Shown piece by piece: positions 1 to 9,310 of a DNA stretch of 53,147 bases. A model generated the notes under the pieces. The model was not told the DNA's origin. It saw only the letters and a list, made by a program, of their open reading frames with translations, and ran no database searches. Position 1 is the first letter of the stretch. Each line of letters starts with the position of its first letter. The position numbers and the translations under genes were made by a program. Origin of the DNA: a bacterium (lineage in GTDB: Bacteria; CG2-30-53-67; CG2-30-70-394); NCBI GenBank assembly GCA_024278555.1, contig JAJRSX010000079.1, forward strand, positions 1 to 53,147, written 5' to 3'.

Positions 1-86
1 CCACGTTGACCTGGGCGGCGTCGTTGAAGGCGACATCCGCCACGGAATCCACAGAAGGGCGCGGAGAGGGCGCGCCGGGGAGGGGG

Positions 87-169
87 GTAGGAGCGGGTTG
101 TACCCGCGATCCGCGCCGCTGGCGCGGCCGGGCCGTGGGGCCGGGGTCGGGGGTGCAACCCCCTCCTAC
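87..169. repeat. GTAG-foot REP doublet (REPIN-like)
   Basis: GTAGGAGCGGGTTGTACCCGCGA ... TCGGGGGTGCAACCCCCTCCTAC; near-identical unit at 24310-24392. Confidence 0.75.
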
Positions 170-305
170 CGGGGGGCGGGGGTAGCGGTGTCATCGGCGG
201 TGGAGCGGGGGAGGGCGTGGGCCGGAAGCGATTTTCACCGCCGGGGGCACGGCGGGCGTAGAGAGGGTCAGCAGAAAGGTCCCTGATCGTTCCGTCATCT
301 TTTGG

Positions 306-470
306 AACACGAAAACGCGAAAGAGGAAAAGCAGGAAAGGCAACCGATTGAATTCTTTCGTGGTTTGAGCTTTTCGTGCCTTCGTGTGCCCGCTCACGCG
401 AAGTCTCGGAAGCAGCGGATATCTCGACAGCCACTATTTTCGCTGATCCGCTTCGTGCCCTTCGTGGTTT
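306..470. repeat. Degenerate inverted repeats of CACGAA/TTCGTG type
   Basis: ACACGAAAACGCGAAAG opposed by TTTTCGTGCCTTCGTGT, and a second TTCGTGCCCTTCGTGGTT; lower GC, non-coding. Confidence 0.45.
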
Positions 471-514
471 GCTCCCGGCTTGACCTCCCCTCTCTCCTAC
501 CGCGCAATGGCGCT

Positions 515-1531
515 ATGCGCGTGCCGGTGATCGATTGCCACGTCCACCTGGCGGGGCTGGGGGGCGGGGGCTCCGGGTGTCGTATCGCGCCGCGCCTGGC
601 ACGGCGGCTGCCGGTTCGTTACCTGCTGTGGCGCCACGGGATTCCGCCGGGCGGCCGGACCGACGACCCGGACGACCGCTTCGCCGCCTACCTCGCCGCG
701 CAGGTGGCAACGGCGCAGCGGGTGGACTTCGCGGTGGCTCTGGCCTTCGACGCTCGCTACGACGAGGCGGGCCACCGCCTCGACAATGAGACCCTCTTTT
801 TCGTCCCCAACGACTACCTGCTCTCGGTGTGTGATCGCCACCCGGAGCTGCTCCCCGGTGTCTCCATCCACCCCTATCGCGAGGACGCCCTCGACGAGCT
901 GGAGCGGTGCGTGGCCGGGGGCGCGGTGGCGGTGAAGTGGCTGCCGTCGGTGCAGGGGATGGACCCGGCGGAGCGCCGCTGCATCCCCTTTTACGAGCGG
1001 CTCGTCGAGCTCGCCCTGCCGCTCATCTGCCACACCGGCCGCGAGCACGTCTTTCCCCCCCGCTTTCTCCCCCTGGAGGATCCGCGCCGGTTGGTCCTCC
1101 CCCTGGAGGTGGGGGTGACGGTCATCGCCGCCCACGCCGGCTCGTTGGGGGCGCTCACCGGCCGCGAGGGGTTCGGCGACCGGGTCGCCCTGTCGGCCGC
1201 CTGGCCCAACCTCTACGCGGACCTTTCAGGGATGTCGATCCCCGGCCGCGGCCGCCACCTGGCGCTGCTCGCCCGCTGCCGCCACCTCCACGACCGCCTG
1301 GTCCACGGCTCCGACTACCCGGTCGAGCCGATGGTCCTCCCCTTCGCCCGCGACCTCGGCCGGGCGCGCGTGCGGGAGCTGCGCCGGATCCGCAACCCCT
1401 TCGACCGGGACGTGGCCCTGAAGGGGGCCCTCGGCCTTCCCGCCGCCCTCTTCGACCGCGCCTACCACCTCCTCTCCCGCGTCCGCGGCCCCGGCGGCGC
1501 CACCGTGCACCGGGGAGGGCGCGGCCGGTAG
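515..1531 (+). CDS. Amidohydrolase (Amidohydro_2-like) metal-dependent hydrolase
   Basis: IDCHVH metal motif, ICHTG, IAAHAG, HGSDYP; start taken at ATG 515. Confidence 0.85.
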   Translation: MRVPVIDCHVHLAGLGGGGSGCRIAPRLARRLPVRYLLWRHGIPPGGRTDDPDDRFAAYLAAQVATAQRVDFAVALAFDARYDEAGHRLDNETLFFVPNDYLLSVCDRHPELLPGVSIHPYREDALDELERCVAGGAVAVKWLPSVQGMDPAERRCIPFYERLVELALPLICHTGREHVFPPRFLPLEDPRRLVLPLEVGVTVIAAHAGSLGALTGREGFGDRVALSAAWPNLYADLSGMSIPGRGRHLALLARCRHLHDRLVHGSDYPVEPMVLPFARDLGRARVRELRRIRNPFDRDVALKGALGLPAALFDRAYHLLSRVRGPGGATVHRGGRGR

Positions 1532-1561
1532 GGGGGCTCGCCCTCCTCATGGCGGGCGCAG

Positions 1562-2062
1562 AGGGCAGGCCGCAATGGGCTTGGGACGGACTGTGGCGGC
1601 GATCGCGTTACTCCCGGATCCCATGCCGCCCGGCAGGGAATTAGCCACGGAATCCACGGAAGCACACGGAAGGGGCGTGAAGGTGCGGTGGGGGGAAGAG
1701 AACGAGGTGGCGCCTGCCGCGTTTCGAGCAGAAACGGGGTTCGGGCCGAGTGGGGCTTTCAACGCAAGGGGGGGACAGCAGTAGAAAGTTAGGAAGTAGA
1801 AAGTAGAAAGGGGGGGGCTGGGCGGGGGGGATGGCGTCACCGGTGGTAAGCCAGAGCACCGTGAGGGCCAGGAAGGCCGGGGCTCACCACAGAGACACAG
1901 TGGATTCCGTGGCTAAAAAATCGCCTTCCGGGCGCCCTGTGCGCCGGCGGTCTCCACCGGTGAGGTCAGACTGCCGCCGCCCACCATTCGCGTCCATTCG
2001 CGCCCTACTTGCGGCTCGATCTATGGATTGGCCTGCCGGGCCGCCTCCCCACTAGGTTGCAC
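1562..2062 (+). repeat. Non-coding composite repeat, copy 1 (core reversed, interrupted)
   Basis: Flank A, arm GCCACGGAATCCACGGAAGCACACGGAAG at 1644-1672, partial arm 1900-1913, flank B homologous to revcomp of 19482-19620. Confidence 0.8.
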
Positions 2063-2258
2063 CACCGATGGCGCATGACCCGGTGGCCCGCCACGCTCTC
2101 TGCGCGAGCTTTCCAACCGACGAGTGTGTGCCCTCTCCGCGACCTTTGCCTGCTCCCCCCTTTGCGCTAGAACAGGGGCGCAATCCATCCTCTCCGCCGC
2201 GACCCCCTGCCGCGGCGCCGCCCGACCCGCTGCACCACCCCCTCCAAGGAGTAGACCC

Positions 2259-2783
2259 ATGCGCTGGCCGACTCGCCTCTCCCTCCTCTTCGTCGCCGCC
2301 ACCCTCGCCCTCCCGGCGTGCCAGACCCTGCCGGGCAAGAAGATCGACAAGGTCCTCTATGGCGAGCAGCCCACCGGCACCTTTACCCCGGCGGGGCTCC
2401 CGGACGTGGAGCTGCCGCGCGGTCTCACCTACCTGCCGAACAAGTCGACGGTCCTCCACTCAGGGGAGCGTGCCCTCGGCGAGTTCCGCTTCAAGGGGCG
2501 GTTCCAGGGCGAGGCCCTCGCCGACTTCCTCGATGACCACATGCGCCGCAGCGGCTGGCGGCCGGTGAGCCGGATCCACCTCGACCGCCACCTCCTCCTC
2601 TTCGAGAAGCGCGATCGGGTGGTCGTGGCGACGGTGGACGAGGGGACGATCACCACCCACCTCACCCTTCTGGTGGTCCCCCAGGGTACGCCGGCGCCGG
2701 TCGCCCACCGCCCCGCGCCGCCGGCCGAGCCCCCGGCCGAGGCGGTCGACCAGGTGCCGCTCTTCCCGGAGGAGCTGCAGTAA
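2259..2783 (+). CDS. Lipoprotein of unknown function
   Basis: AAGGAG RBS, signal peptide with lipobox LPAC. Confidence 0.75.
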   Translation: MRWPTRLSLLFVAATLALPACQTLPGKKIDKVLYGEQPTGTFTPAGLPDVELPRGLTYLPNKSTVLHSGERALGEFRFKGRFQGEALADFLDDHMRRSGWRPVSRIHLDRHLLLFEKRDRVVVATVDEGTITTHLTLLVVPQGTPAPVAHRPAPPAEPPAEAVDQVPLFPEELQ

Positions 2784-2932
2784 GGCTTAGGGAAATAGGA
2801 AGTACGCCTATCCCTTAGCTCATGACCGGAGAAGGGCAATCGGAAGACAGCAAGGGCTCAGGGGGGAAGGGGATCCACCCATCAGGATCGAAGGAACCAC
2901 CAGGTGGTCACGGCGCCAGCCTTGAAGGCCAT

Positions 2933-3191
2933 TTCACCACAGAGACGCAGAGGGCACAGAGAACGGCAAAGGAAGGGCGCTTTTCTCATGTCGTGTCTAT
3001 TCCAACGGATTTCATCGACGTTCTTCGAGCGCTTGCCCACACGCCATCGAGATGGCCCCCCGCTCAGAATCGGAGGGCTGGAGGGTCGGTTTCGCAAGAG
3101 ATCGTCAAGGAGGGACGACCACCGCGGACGCGGCAAACATCATGCTGTTTTCTGATGGAGTTCTCTGCGCCCTCGGTGTCTCTGTGGTGAA
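2933..3191. repeat. MITE-like element with 31-bp terminal inverted repeats
   Basis: TTCACCACAGAGACGCAGAGGGCACAGAGAA (2933-2963) vs 3161-3191, 28/31 complementary; no credible ORF inside. Confidence 0.7.
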
Positions 3192-3343
3192 TGTCCCCTT
3201 CGAGGGGTCGGCCATTTCCCGATCGAAGAAGAGTGAGATGTCGTCCTTGAAAACGCCTCCCCCCTACGCGGGTGGATGCCATGTCACTCGCCATGCTCAA
3301 TCTTGTTGTTCTCAGAATGAAGTACGCCGTCCGTCATGAGTGA

Positions 3344-3500
3344 AGGGGATAGGCAGTTAGGGTAATAGGGGGGGGCCGGCCGCTGCGCGGCCGGCAAATT
3401 GTGTGGGCAGCTCCCATCGGCATTGTCGTCGGCCCGAAGGGCCGTCCACCCCTACTTCCCTATCTCCCTGTCTCCCTATCCCCGCGAGCGCAGCGAGCCC
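3344..3500. repeat. Intergenic element with TAGGG/CCCTA periodic ends, copy 1
   Basis: TAGG-rich left end, CCCTA-rich right end; internal GGCCGCTGCGCGGCC, CCATCGGCAT and GCCCGAAGGGC shared with 46258-46480. Confidence 0.65.
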
Positions 3501-3501
3501 C

Positions 3502-4434
3502 ATGTTCTTCCTCCTTCGCCGCCTCCTCCTGGCGCTGCCCGTCCTCCTCGGGGTGGTGACGGCGGTCTTTCTGCTCCTCCATCTGGTGCCGGGGGATCCG
3601 GTGGAGGTGATGCTCGGTGACGCCGCGGCGCCTGCGGACCGCGCCGCCCTGCGCGCGGCGCTCCACCTCGACGATCCCCTCCCCCTCCAGTACGGCCGCT
3701 ACCTCGCCGGGGTGGTGCGCGGCGACCTGGGCGAGTCGATCCGCCTCCACCGGCCGGTGGCGCGGCTCATCGCCGACCACCTCCCAGCCACCCTGGAGCT
3801 CCTCGGCGGCGGGCTGGTGGTGGCCCTGCTCATCGCCCTGCCCGGGGGCATTGTCGCCGCCCTGCGCGCCGGCCGCCCCGCGGACACGGTGCTCCGCTGG
3901 CTCGCCGTGGGCGGGGTGGCGATGCCCAACTTTTGGCTCGGGCCGCTGTTGGTGCTGCTGTTTGCCATCGGCCTCGGCTGGCTGCCGGTCTCCGGCCGCG
4001 GCGGCATCGACCACCTGATCCTGCCGAGCATCACCCTCGGCACCGGCATGGCCGGGATCCTCATGCGGATGACCCGCTCCGGCTGGCTGGAGGCGCTCTC
4101 CGCCGACCACGTGCGCACCGCCCGCGCCAAGGGGGTGGGGGAGGCATCGGTCATCCTCAAGCACACCGGCCGTAACGCCGCCCTGCCGCTGATCACCGTG
4201 GTGGGGCTGCAGACCGGGGCGCTCCTCGGCGGCGCGGTGATCACCGAGACGATCTTCGCCTGGCCCGGCGTCGGCCGCCTCACCCTCACCGCCATCGAGG
4301 CACGCGACTACCCCCTGGTGCAGGGCGCCGTCCTCTTCATGGCGGTGGGCTACGTGGCGGTGAACCTGGTGGTCGACCTCCTCTACGGCGTGCTTGACCC
4401 GCGCACCCGCGGTGCGGGGCGCGGGTCCGCTTGA
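3502..4434 (+). CDS. Peptide/nickel ABC transporter permease (DppB/NikB family)
   Basis: LVPGDPV, PNFWLG, VRTARAKG (EAA loop), TETIFAWPGVG, RDYPLVQG. Confidence 0.92.
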   Translation: MFFLLRRLLLALPVLLGVVTAVFLLLHLVPGDPVEVMLGDAAAPADRAALRAALHLDDPLPLQYGRYLAGVVRGDLGESIRLHRPVARLIADHLPATLELLGGGLVVALLIALPGGIVAALRAGRPADTVLRWLAVGGVAMPNFWLGPLLVLLFAIGLGWLPVSGRGGIDHLILPSITLGTGMAGILMRMTRSGWLEALSADHVRTARAKGVGEASVILKHTGRNAALPLITVVGLQTGALLGGAVITETIFAWPGVGRLTLTAIEARDYPLVQGAVLFMAVGYVAVNLVVDLLYGVLDPRTRGAGRGSA

Positions 4435-4444
4435 GAGGGCCGTC

Positions 4445-5266
4445 TCACACCGCGGCGCGGCGCGAACGGATCGCGATCCCGGCAACGCCGATCAGCAGGA
4501 GCACCGCCCCCGTGGGCTCGGGCACCACCACCAAGAAGCCGATGTCGGTGAAGGAGGCGAGGGTCGTTCGGCTGACGAAGGTGTTGGCGGGGTTGGGGCT
4601 CATCCAGCCGGTCATCAGCTCGTCGCGCATGTCGCGACCGAGACCGTCGGTGATCCCGGTGAGACCACTGCCGCCGTTGTTTTCGTTCCAGTGGGCGTTG
4701 GCGGTGCCGGCGCCCCCGCCGAGCTCCACCGGCACGAAGGCGGCGCCGGGCTGGTTGAATTCATTTCGATACGCGGCGAGGGCGTTGGCGCCGGTGTACT
4801 CGCCGGTGCCGTCGACGTAGACGCCGTTGTCCACCCACAGGGTTCCGAACCCCATGACGTGGGCCATCTCGTGGAGGATGACGTCGTAGAGGGAGCCGTT
4901 GGACTCCATGGCGGAGAGGTCGGCGGTGTCAAAGGCCATGGTGCCGGTGGTGGCGAGGGTGTACCCGGCCTGAATGGTCCCTGCGGTCGGGCCCGCCTGA
5001 CCGAGGACGCCGCCGGCTCCGTCGATGTACGAACCGCCGGCGTCGATGGTCAGACCTCCGATGGCAATCCCCGGCTGGTAGCCGGTGACGTGGCCTTCCC
5101 AGAAGGTCGCCGCGTCCCCGAAGACGGTCTGCTGGGTGGCGGTGAGGCCGCCGGTGAAGTTGAGGGTGAGGTTGAAGCTCGTGGCCGCGTGCGCCGTGGC
5201 GGTGGCGAGGGCAATGGCGATGGACAGAACGCACCCGAGGCGGCGGAGCCGCTTCTTCCGGTCCAT
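4445..5266 (-). CDS. PEP-CTERM-sorted zinc metalloprotease (leishmanolysin/M8-like)
   Basis: Signal peptide; HEMAHVMGFGTLW, AHW, ELMTG Met-turn; C-terminal VPEP + hydrophobic helix + RSRR. Confidence 0.85.
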   Translation of the reverse strand: MDRKKRLRRLGCVLSIAIALATATAHAATSFNLTLNFTGGLTATQQTVFGDAATFWEGHVTGYQPGIAIGGLTIDAGGSYIDGAGGVLGQAGPTAGTIQAGYTLATTGTMAFDTADLSAMESNGSLYDVILHEMAHVMGFGTLWVDNGVYVDGTGEYTGANALAAYRNEFNQPGAAFVPVELGGGAGTANAHWNENNGGSGLTGITDGLGRDMRDELMTGWMSPNPANTFVSRTTLASFTDIGFLVVVPEPTGAVLLLIGVAGIAIRSRRAAV

Positions 5267-5336
5267 GAAAATCCCCCTTCTGGTTGGTGGCCGCATGACG
5301 CCGGCCGGTCTTGGCTGCTATCCCCACCGGCGTTGA

Positions 5337-5352
5337 TGCAAGTAGGATGCCT
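5337..5352 (-). promoter_or_regulatory. sigma54 -24/-12 promoter of PEP-CTERM protease gene
   Basis: Minus strand AGGCATCCTACTTGCA (GG-N10-GC). Confidence 0.65.
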
Positions 5353-5452
5353 ATGCCTTGAATATTCTCTACACGAGGCAAGAAAGGCTTATGTAACTGG
5401 TCGTTAGGCCGTCGGTGCCGGGGGGCATCGGGCGGCCGGGTGGTGAATAACC

Positions 5453-5500
5453 ACCGGTCGGTGAGACACCTGGTGAGACATCCCCGTCTCAAACTGAGAC
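5453..5500 (-). promoter_or_regulatory. Putative enhancer (bEBP UAS), GTCTCA-N3-TGAGAC array
   Basis: Perfect palindrome 5486-5500 plus TGAGAC at 5462 and 5474; same layout at 11914-11961. Confidence 0.65.
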
Positions 5501-5575
5501 CGGGGGCGGGAGGCGACGCGGATGGCTCGTCGCCGGGAGCTGTCCGCCGCCGGCCGTGGCTGGCAAGATCGCCCC

Positions 5576-7114
5576 ATGGAGGAGGTCGCCGCCTTTCACA
5601 ATCCGCCGCGGGTGCGCCTCCTGCGCAGCTTTGACCGCCCCTTTGCCTCGGTGGTGGAGGCGGCGCGCACCTGCTATGCGGCCAAGGGGGTGGTGGAGGG
5701 GGGGGAGGTAGGGGAGCGCGGTGAGGCCCTGGCGCGGGACCTCTACCGGGCCGGCCACCACACCACCTTTCAGCACGCCTACTTCCAGTTCGCCGTCGAG
5801 GGGGTGTCGCGCCAGGCGATCTGGTCCCTGCTCCACGCCCACCCCTTCTACAACTCGGAGCAGGTCTCCCAGCGGTACGTGGCGGTGGCCCCGGAGGCGT
5901 GTCTCCTGCCGCGCCTGGCGCCGGCCGCGGAGGCGCGTTTTCGCGGCTGCCTGGCGCTGCAGATGGAGGCCTACCGCGACCTCACCGAGCGCCTCGCCCC
6001 GGTGGCGGCGGCCGCCTACTTCGACCGCTTCCCCGGTCGCGCCAAGGCGCCCGACCGGTACGCCACCGCCCTCCGCCGCCGTGCCCAGGAGGCGGCCCGC
6101 TATGTCCTGCCCCTGGCGACCACCGCCCACCTGGTCCACACCATCTCCGGGCTCACCCTCCTGCGCTACCAGCGCGCCTGCCTGGAGCCGGACGCGCCGG
6201 CGGAGCAGCGGGCGGTGGTGGCGCAGATGGTGGCGGCGGTGGTCGCGATCGACCCGGCCTACGAAGCGGTCCTGGAGCCGCCGCGGGGGTGGGAGGCGCC
6301 CCCCGCCGCCGGGGCGGAGGTCGACCGGCCACGCGCCCGCGCCTTCGCTGCGGAGTTCGATCGCCGCCTCGAAGGCCGCGTCGCCCACCTCGTCTCGGCG
6401 CCGCCGGAGAACGGGGCGGTGACCGCGGCGGCGGTGCGCGAGGTCCTCGGCCTGCCCGCCGGGGCGCTCTCCGACGCGCAAGCGATCGAGCTGCTCCTCG
6501 CCCCGGAGAGGAACCCGCTGATGGGCGAGCCGCTGAATCTCCACACGATGGACAAGCTCGGCCGCTGCCTCGCCCACGCCCACTTCACCTTTGCCAAGCG
6601 GCTCTCCCACACCGCCGACTCCCAGGACCAGCGCCACCGCGCCACCCCGGCCTCGCGGCCGGTCCTGGCGCGCCACTACACCGGCGAGCCCGACTACGTG
6701 ACCCCGGCCCTGCTCGCCGAGGCGCCGGCCGCGGCGGCGCGCTACCGCGACACCATGGAGGCGACCTGGGAGGCGATCGAGGCGCTGCTGGCCGACGGGG
6801 TGGCGCCGGAGGTCGCCCTCTATCTGCTGCCGAACGCGGTCAACCTCCGTTTCACCGAGTCCGCCGACCTCGGGGCGCTGCACCACAAGCACCGGATGCG
6901 GCTGTGCTACAACGCCCAGGAGGAGATCTGGCGGGCGTCGCTGGAGGAGGCGTTGCAGATCCGCGCGCTCCAGCCGGAGCTCGGCCGCCACCTCCTGCCG
7001 CCGTGCACCCACCGGCTGCACGCCGGGGTGAAGCCGATCTGCCCGGAAGGAGAGCGGTACTGCGGGGTGCGCGTCTGGCGGCTGGCGCTGGAGGGGTACG
7101 AGCGGGTGATCTAG
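5576..7114 (+). CDS. thyX: FAD-dependent thymidylate synthase, tandem double ThyX domain
   Basis: GHHTTFQH and SEQVSQRY in N-half; QRHR, YLLPNA, RLCYNAQEEI in C-half. Confidence 0.75.
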   Translation: MEEVAAFHNPPRVRLLRSFDRPFASVVEAARTCYAAKGVVEGGEVGERGEALARDLYRAGHHTTFQHAYFQFAVEGVSRQAIWSLLHAHPFYNSEQVSQRYVAVAPEACLLPRLAPAAEARFRGCLALQMEAYRDLTERLAPVAAAAYFDRFPGRAKAPDRYATALRRRAQEAARYVLPLATTAHLVHTISGLTLLRYQRACLEPDAPAEQRAVVAQMVAAVVAIDPAYEAVLEPPRGWEAPPAAGAEVDRPRARAFAAEFDRRLEGRVAHLVSAPPENGAVTAAAVREVLGLPAGALSDAQAIELLLAPERNPLMGEPLNLHTMDKLGRCLAHAHFTFAKRLSHTADSQDQRHRATPASRPVLARHYTGEPDYVTPALLAEAPAAAARYRDTMEATWEAIEALLADGVAPEVALYLLPNAVNLRFTESADLGALHHKHRMRLCYNAQEEIWRASLEEALQIRALQPELGRHLLPPCTHRLHAGVKPICPEGERYCGVRVWRLALEGYERVI

Positions 7115-7221
7115 GTGTCTGATCCGTTGCCACGGCCACGGTGGTGACCTCACAAGCCCAGGCGCCATTCCCGGCGGTGATCGCGTTCACCCATCCGGTG
7201 AAGAGCGAGGTCGGTGTTGTG

Positions 7222-7535
7222 GACGGCAAGCCGCAATGGGGTTGGGACAGGCTGTGGTGGCAATCTGCGTTGCCCCCGGATCCGATGCCGCCCGGCAGGG
7301 AATAGGCCACGGAATCCACGGAAGGGCACGGAAGTCGAGGTCTCCCGTTGGGTTTGGCGTGCGGACCGGACCCCATTCCTTCTCGAAACACGGCCGGCGT
7401 CACCTCGTTCTCCTCTCCCCGCCCCACGCTCTCGCCCCTTCCGTGCCCTTCCGTGGATTCCGTGGCGAAAAAACCGCCTTCCAGGCCGTTACGTACGGAT
7501 TGGTGGCGCCGCTGACGTCAGACTGGAGGCGCCAC
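7222..7535 (+). repeat. Non-coding composite repeat, copy 2 (core in opposite orientation)
   Basis: Perfect 29-bp inverted arms 7306-7334 and 7438-7466 enclosing a 103-bp core; flanks A and B as in copy 1. Confidence 0.85.
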
Positions 7536-7839
7536 CGGTGGCGCCTGCTTCCCGGCGTCACCCTCGGAGTCTCGGCGCGAGCTTTCCAGCCGACGATTAG
7601 GGCCTTCATACTCTTCTGGTGTTCCTCCTGCCGGGCGGGGTAGAGCCATGCGTCGCACCTGTGCCGCCCGTGGACCGGGCCTCGTCTTCTGAACCCTCTG
7701 TGGTGAGTCATCCCCTCCAGGCCACGTGCGATTCATGCCTGGCCACCGACAACGGTGGTGGCCTCCATCTTCACCCTGTCGGTGAAGGGGTTACGCTGGT
7801 ACCACCGCCCGGGCTTCGCTTGCTGACCGTTGACCGTTG

Positions 7840-9234
7840 ATGAATCCCCTCCGCGACATCCCCGCCATCGATGCCCTCCTCGGCTGGCCGGAGCTTGCCG
7901 AGGCCGCCGCCCCCCTGCCCCACCGGCGGGCGGTGGCGGTGGTGCGGCGCGAGGTGGCGGCGGTGCGTGAGGAGGTGCGGGCGGGCGGCGCGCTCCCCGA
8001 TCGTGGGGGGTGGGTGGCACGCCTCGCCGGGGCGTTGGCGGTGGCGGCGCGGCCGAACCTGCGGCGGGTGGTGAACGGGACCGGGGTGGTCTTGCACACC
8101 AACCTCGGCCGGGCGCCCCTGGACCGGGAGAGCCTGGCACGGGTGAGGGAGGTGGCGGCGGGCTACTCGACCCTCGAGTACGACGTCGCGGCCGGGCGCC
8201 GCGGCAGCCGCCGGGAGGCGGTGGCGGAGCTGTTGGTGGAGGTGACCGGGGCGGAGGCGGCCTACGTGGTGAACAACAACGCCGCCGCGGTCCTGCTGAT
8301 GCTCGACGCCCTCGCCCACGACCGCGAGGTCGTGGTGTCGCGCGGCGAGCTGGTGGAGATCGGCGGCGCCTTCCGTATCCCCGAGGTGATGGCGAAGGGT
8401 GGCGCCACCCTGGTGGAGGCGGGGGCGACGAACCGTACCCGCCTCGCCGACTACCAGGCAGCGACCACCGAGGCCACCGCGGCGTGGCTCAAGGTCCACC
8501 AGTCGAACTTCCGCCAGGTCGGCTTCACCGGTCAGGTGGCGGTGGCGGAGCTCGCCGCCGCCGCCCACGCCCGCGGGCTGCTGTGTCTCGAAGACCTCGG
8601 GAGCGGCTGCCTCGTCCCCCCGGCGGAGCTCGGCCTCGCCCCGGAGCCGACGGTGGCCGAGGCGGTGGGAGCCGGCGTTGACCTGGTGACCTTCAGCGGT
8701 GACAAGCTCCTCGGCGGGCCGCAGGCGGGGATCGTCGTGGGCCGGAGGGCGCTGGTCGAAAGCCTCGCCGCCGACCCTCTGGCGCGGGCGGTGCGGTGCG
8801 ACAAGATGACCCTCGCCGCCCTGGAGGTGCTCCTGCGCCGCTACCTGGAGGCGGACGGCTGGCGCCGGGTTCCCACCCTGAGGATGCTCACCACGCCGGT
8901 GTCCACCCTGGCCGGCCGCGCCCGGCGGCTGGCGGCGGCGATCCAGCGGGTGGCGCCGGCCCTGGCGGTCTCCTGCCGGAGGGTCGAGGCGCGGGTCGGC
9001 GGCGGTGCTCAGGCGGAGGTGGCGCTGCCGAGCGTGGCGGTGGCGTTGCGCCACCCGGGCCGCTCGGCGCGTGAGCTGGAGGCCTGGCTGCGCGGCGGCG
9101 AGGTCCCGATCATCGGTCGCATCGACGGGGGGGAGCTCCTCCTCGACTGCCGCTGTCTCCTCCCCGGCGACGGCAAGGTGATCTGTGATCGCCTGGCTCC
9201 CCTTGTCGCCGGTGGCGGTGATCAGGGATCCTGA
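7840..9234 (+). CDS. selA: L-seryl-tRNA(Sec) selenium transferase
   Basis: VVNGTGVVLHTNLGRAP, VNNNAAAV, SRGELVEIGGAFRIP, EDLGSG, FSGDKLLGGPQAG (PLP Lys). Confidence 0.97.
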   Translation: MNPLRDIPAIDALLGWPELAEAAAPLPHRRAVAVVRREVAAVREEVRAGGALPDRGGWVARLAGALAVAARPNLRRVVNGTGVVLHTNLGRAPLDRESLARVREVAAGYSTLEYDVAAGRRGSRREAVAELLVEVTGAEAAYVVNNNAAAVLLMLDALAHDREVVVSRGELVEIGGAFRIPEVMAKGGATLVEAGATNRTRLADYQAATTEATAAWLKVHQSNFRQVGFTGQVAVAELAAAAHARGLLCLEDLGSGCLVPPAELGLAPEPTVAEAVGAGVDLVTFSGDKLLGGPQAGIVVGRRALVESLAADPLARAVRCDKMTLAALEVLLRRYLEADGWRRVPTLRMLTTPVSTLAGRARRLAAAIQRVAPALAVSCRRVEARVGGGAQAEVALPSVAVALRHPGRSARELEAWLRGGEVPIIGRIDGGELLLDCRCLLPGDGKVICDRLAPLVAGGGDQGS

Positions 9235-9310
9235 CTCCCGCGCGGCGGCTCCGGCCACCGCGTCGCTGCTCCATTCCGTTCTGCCTCCCACCGTTCCAAC
9301 GCCGCCCACG

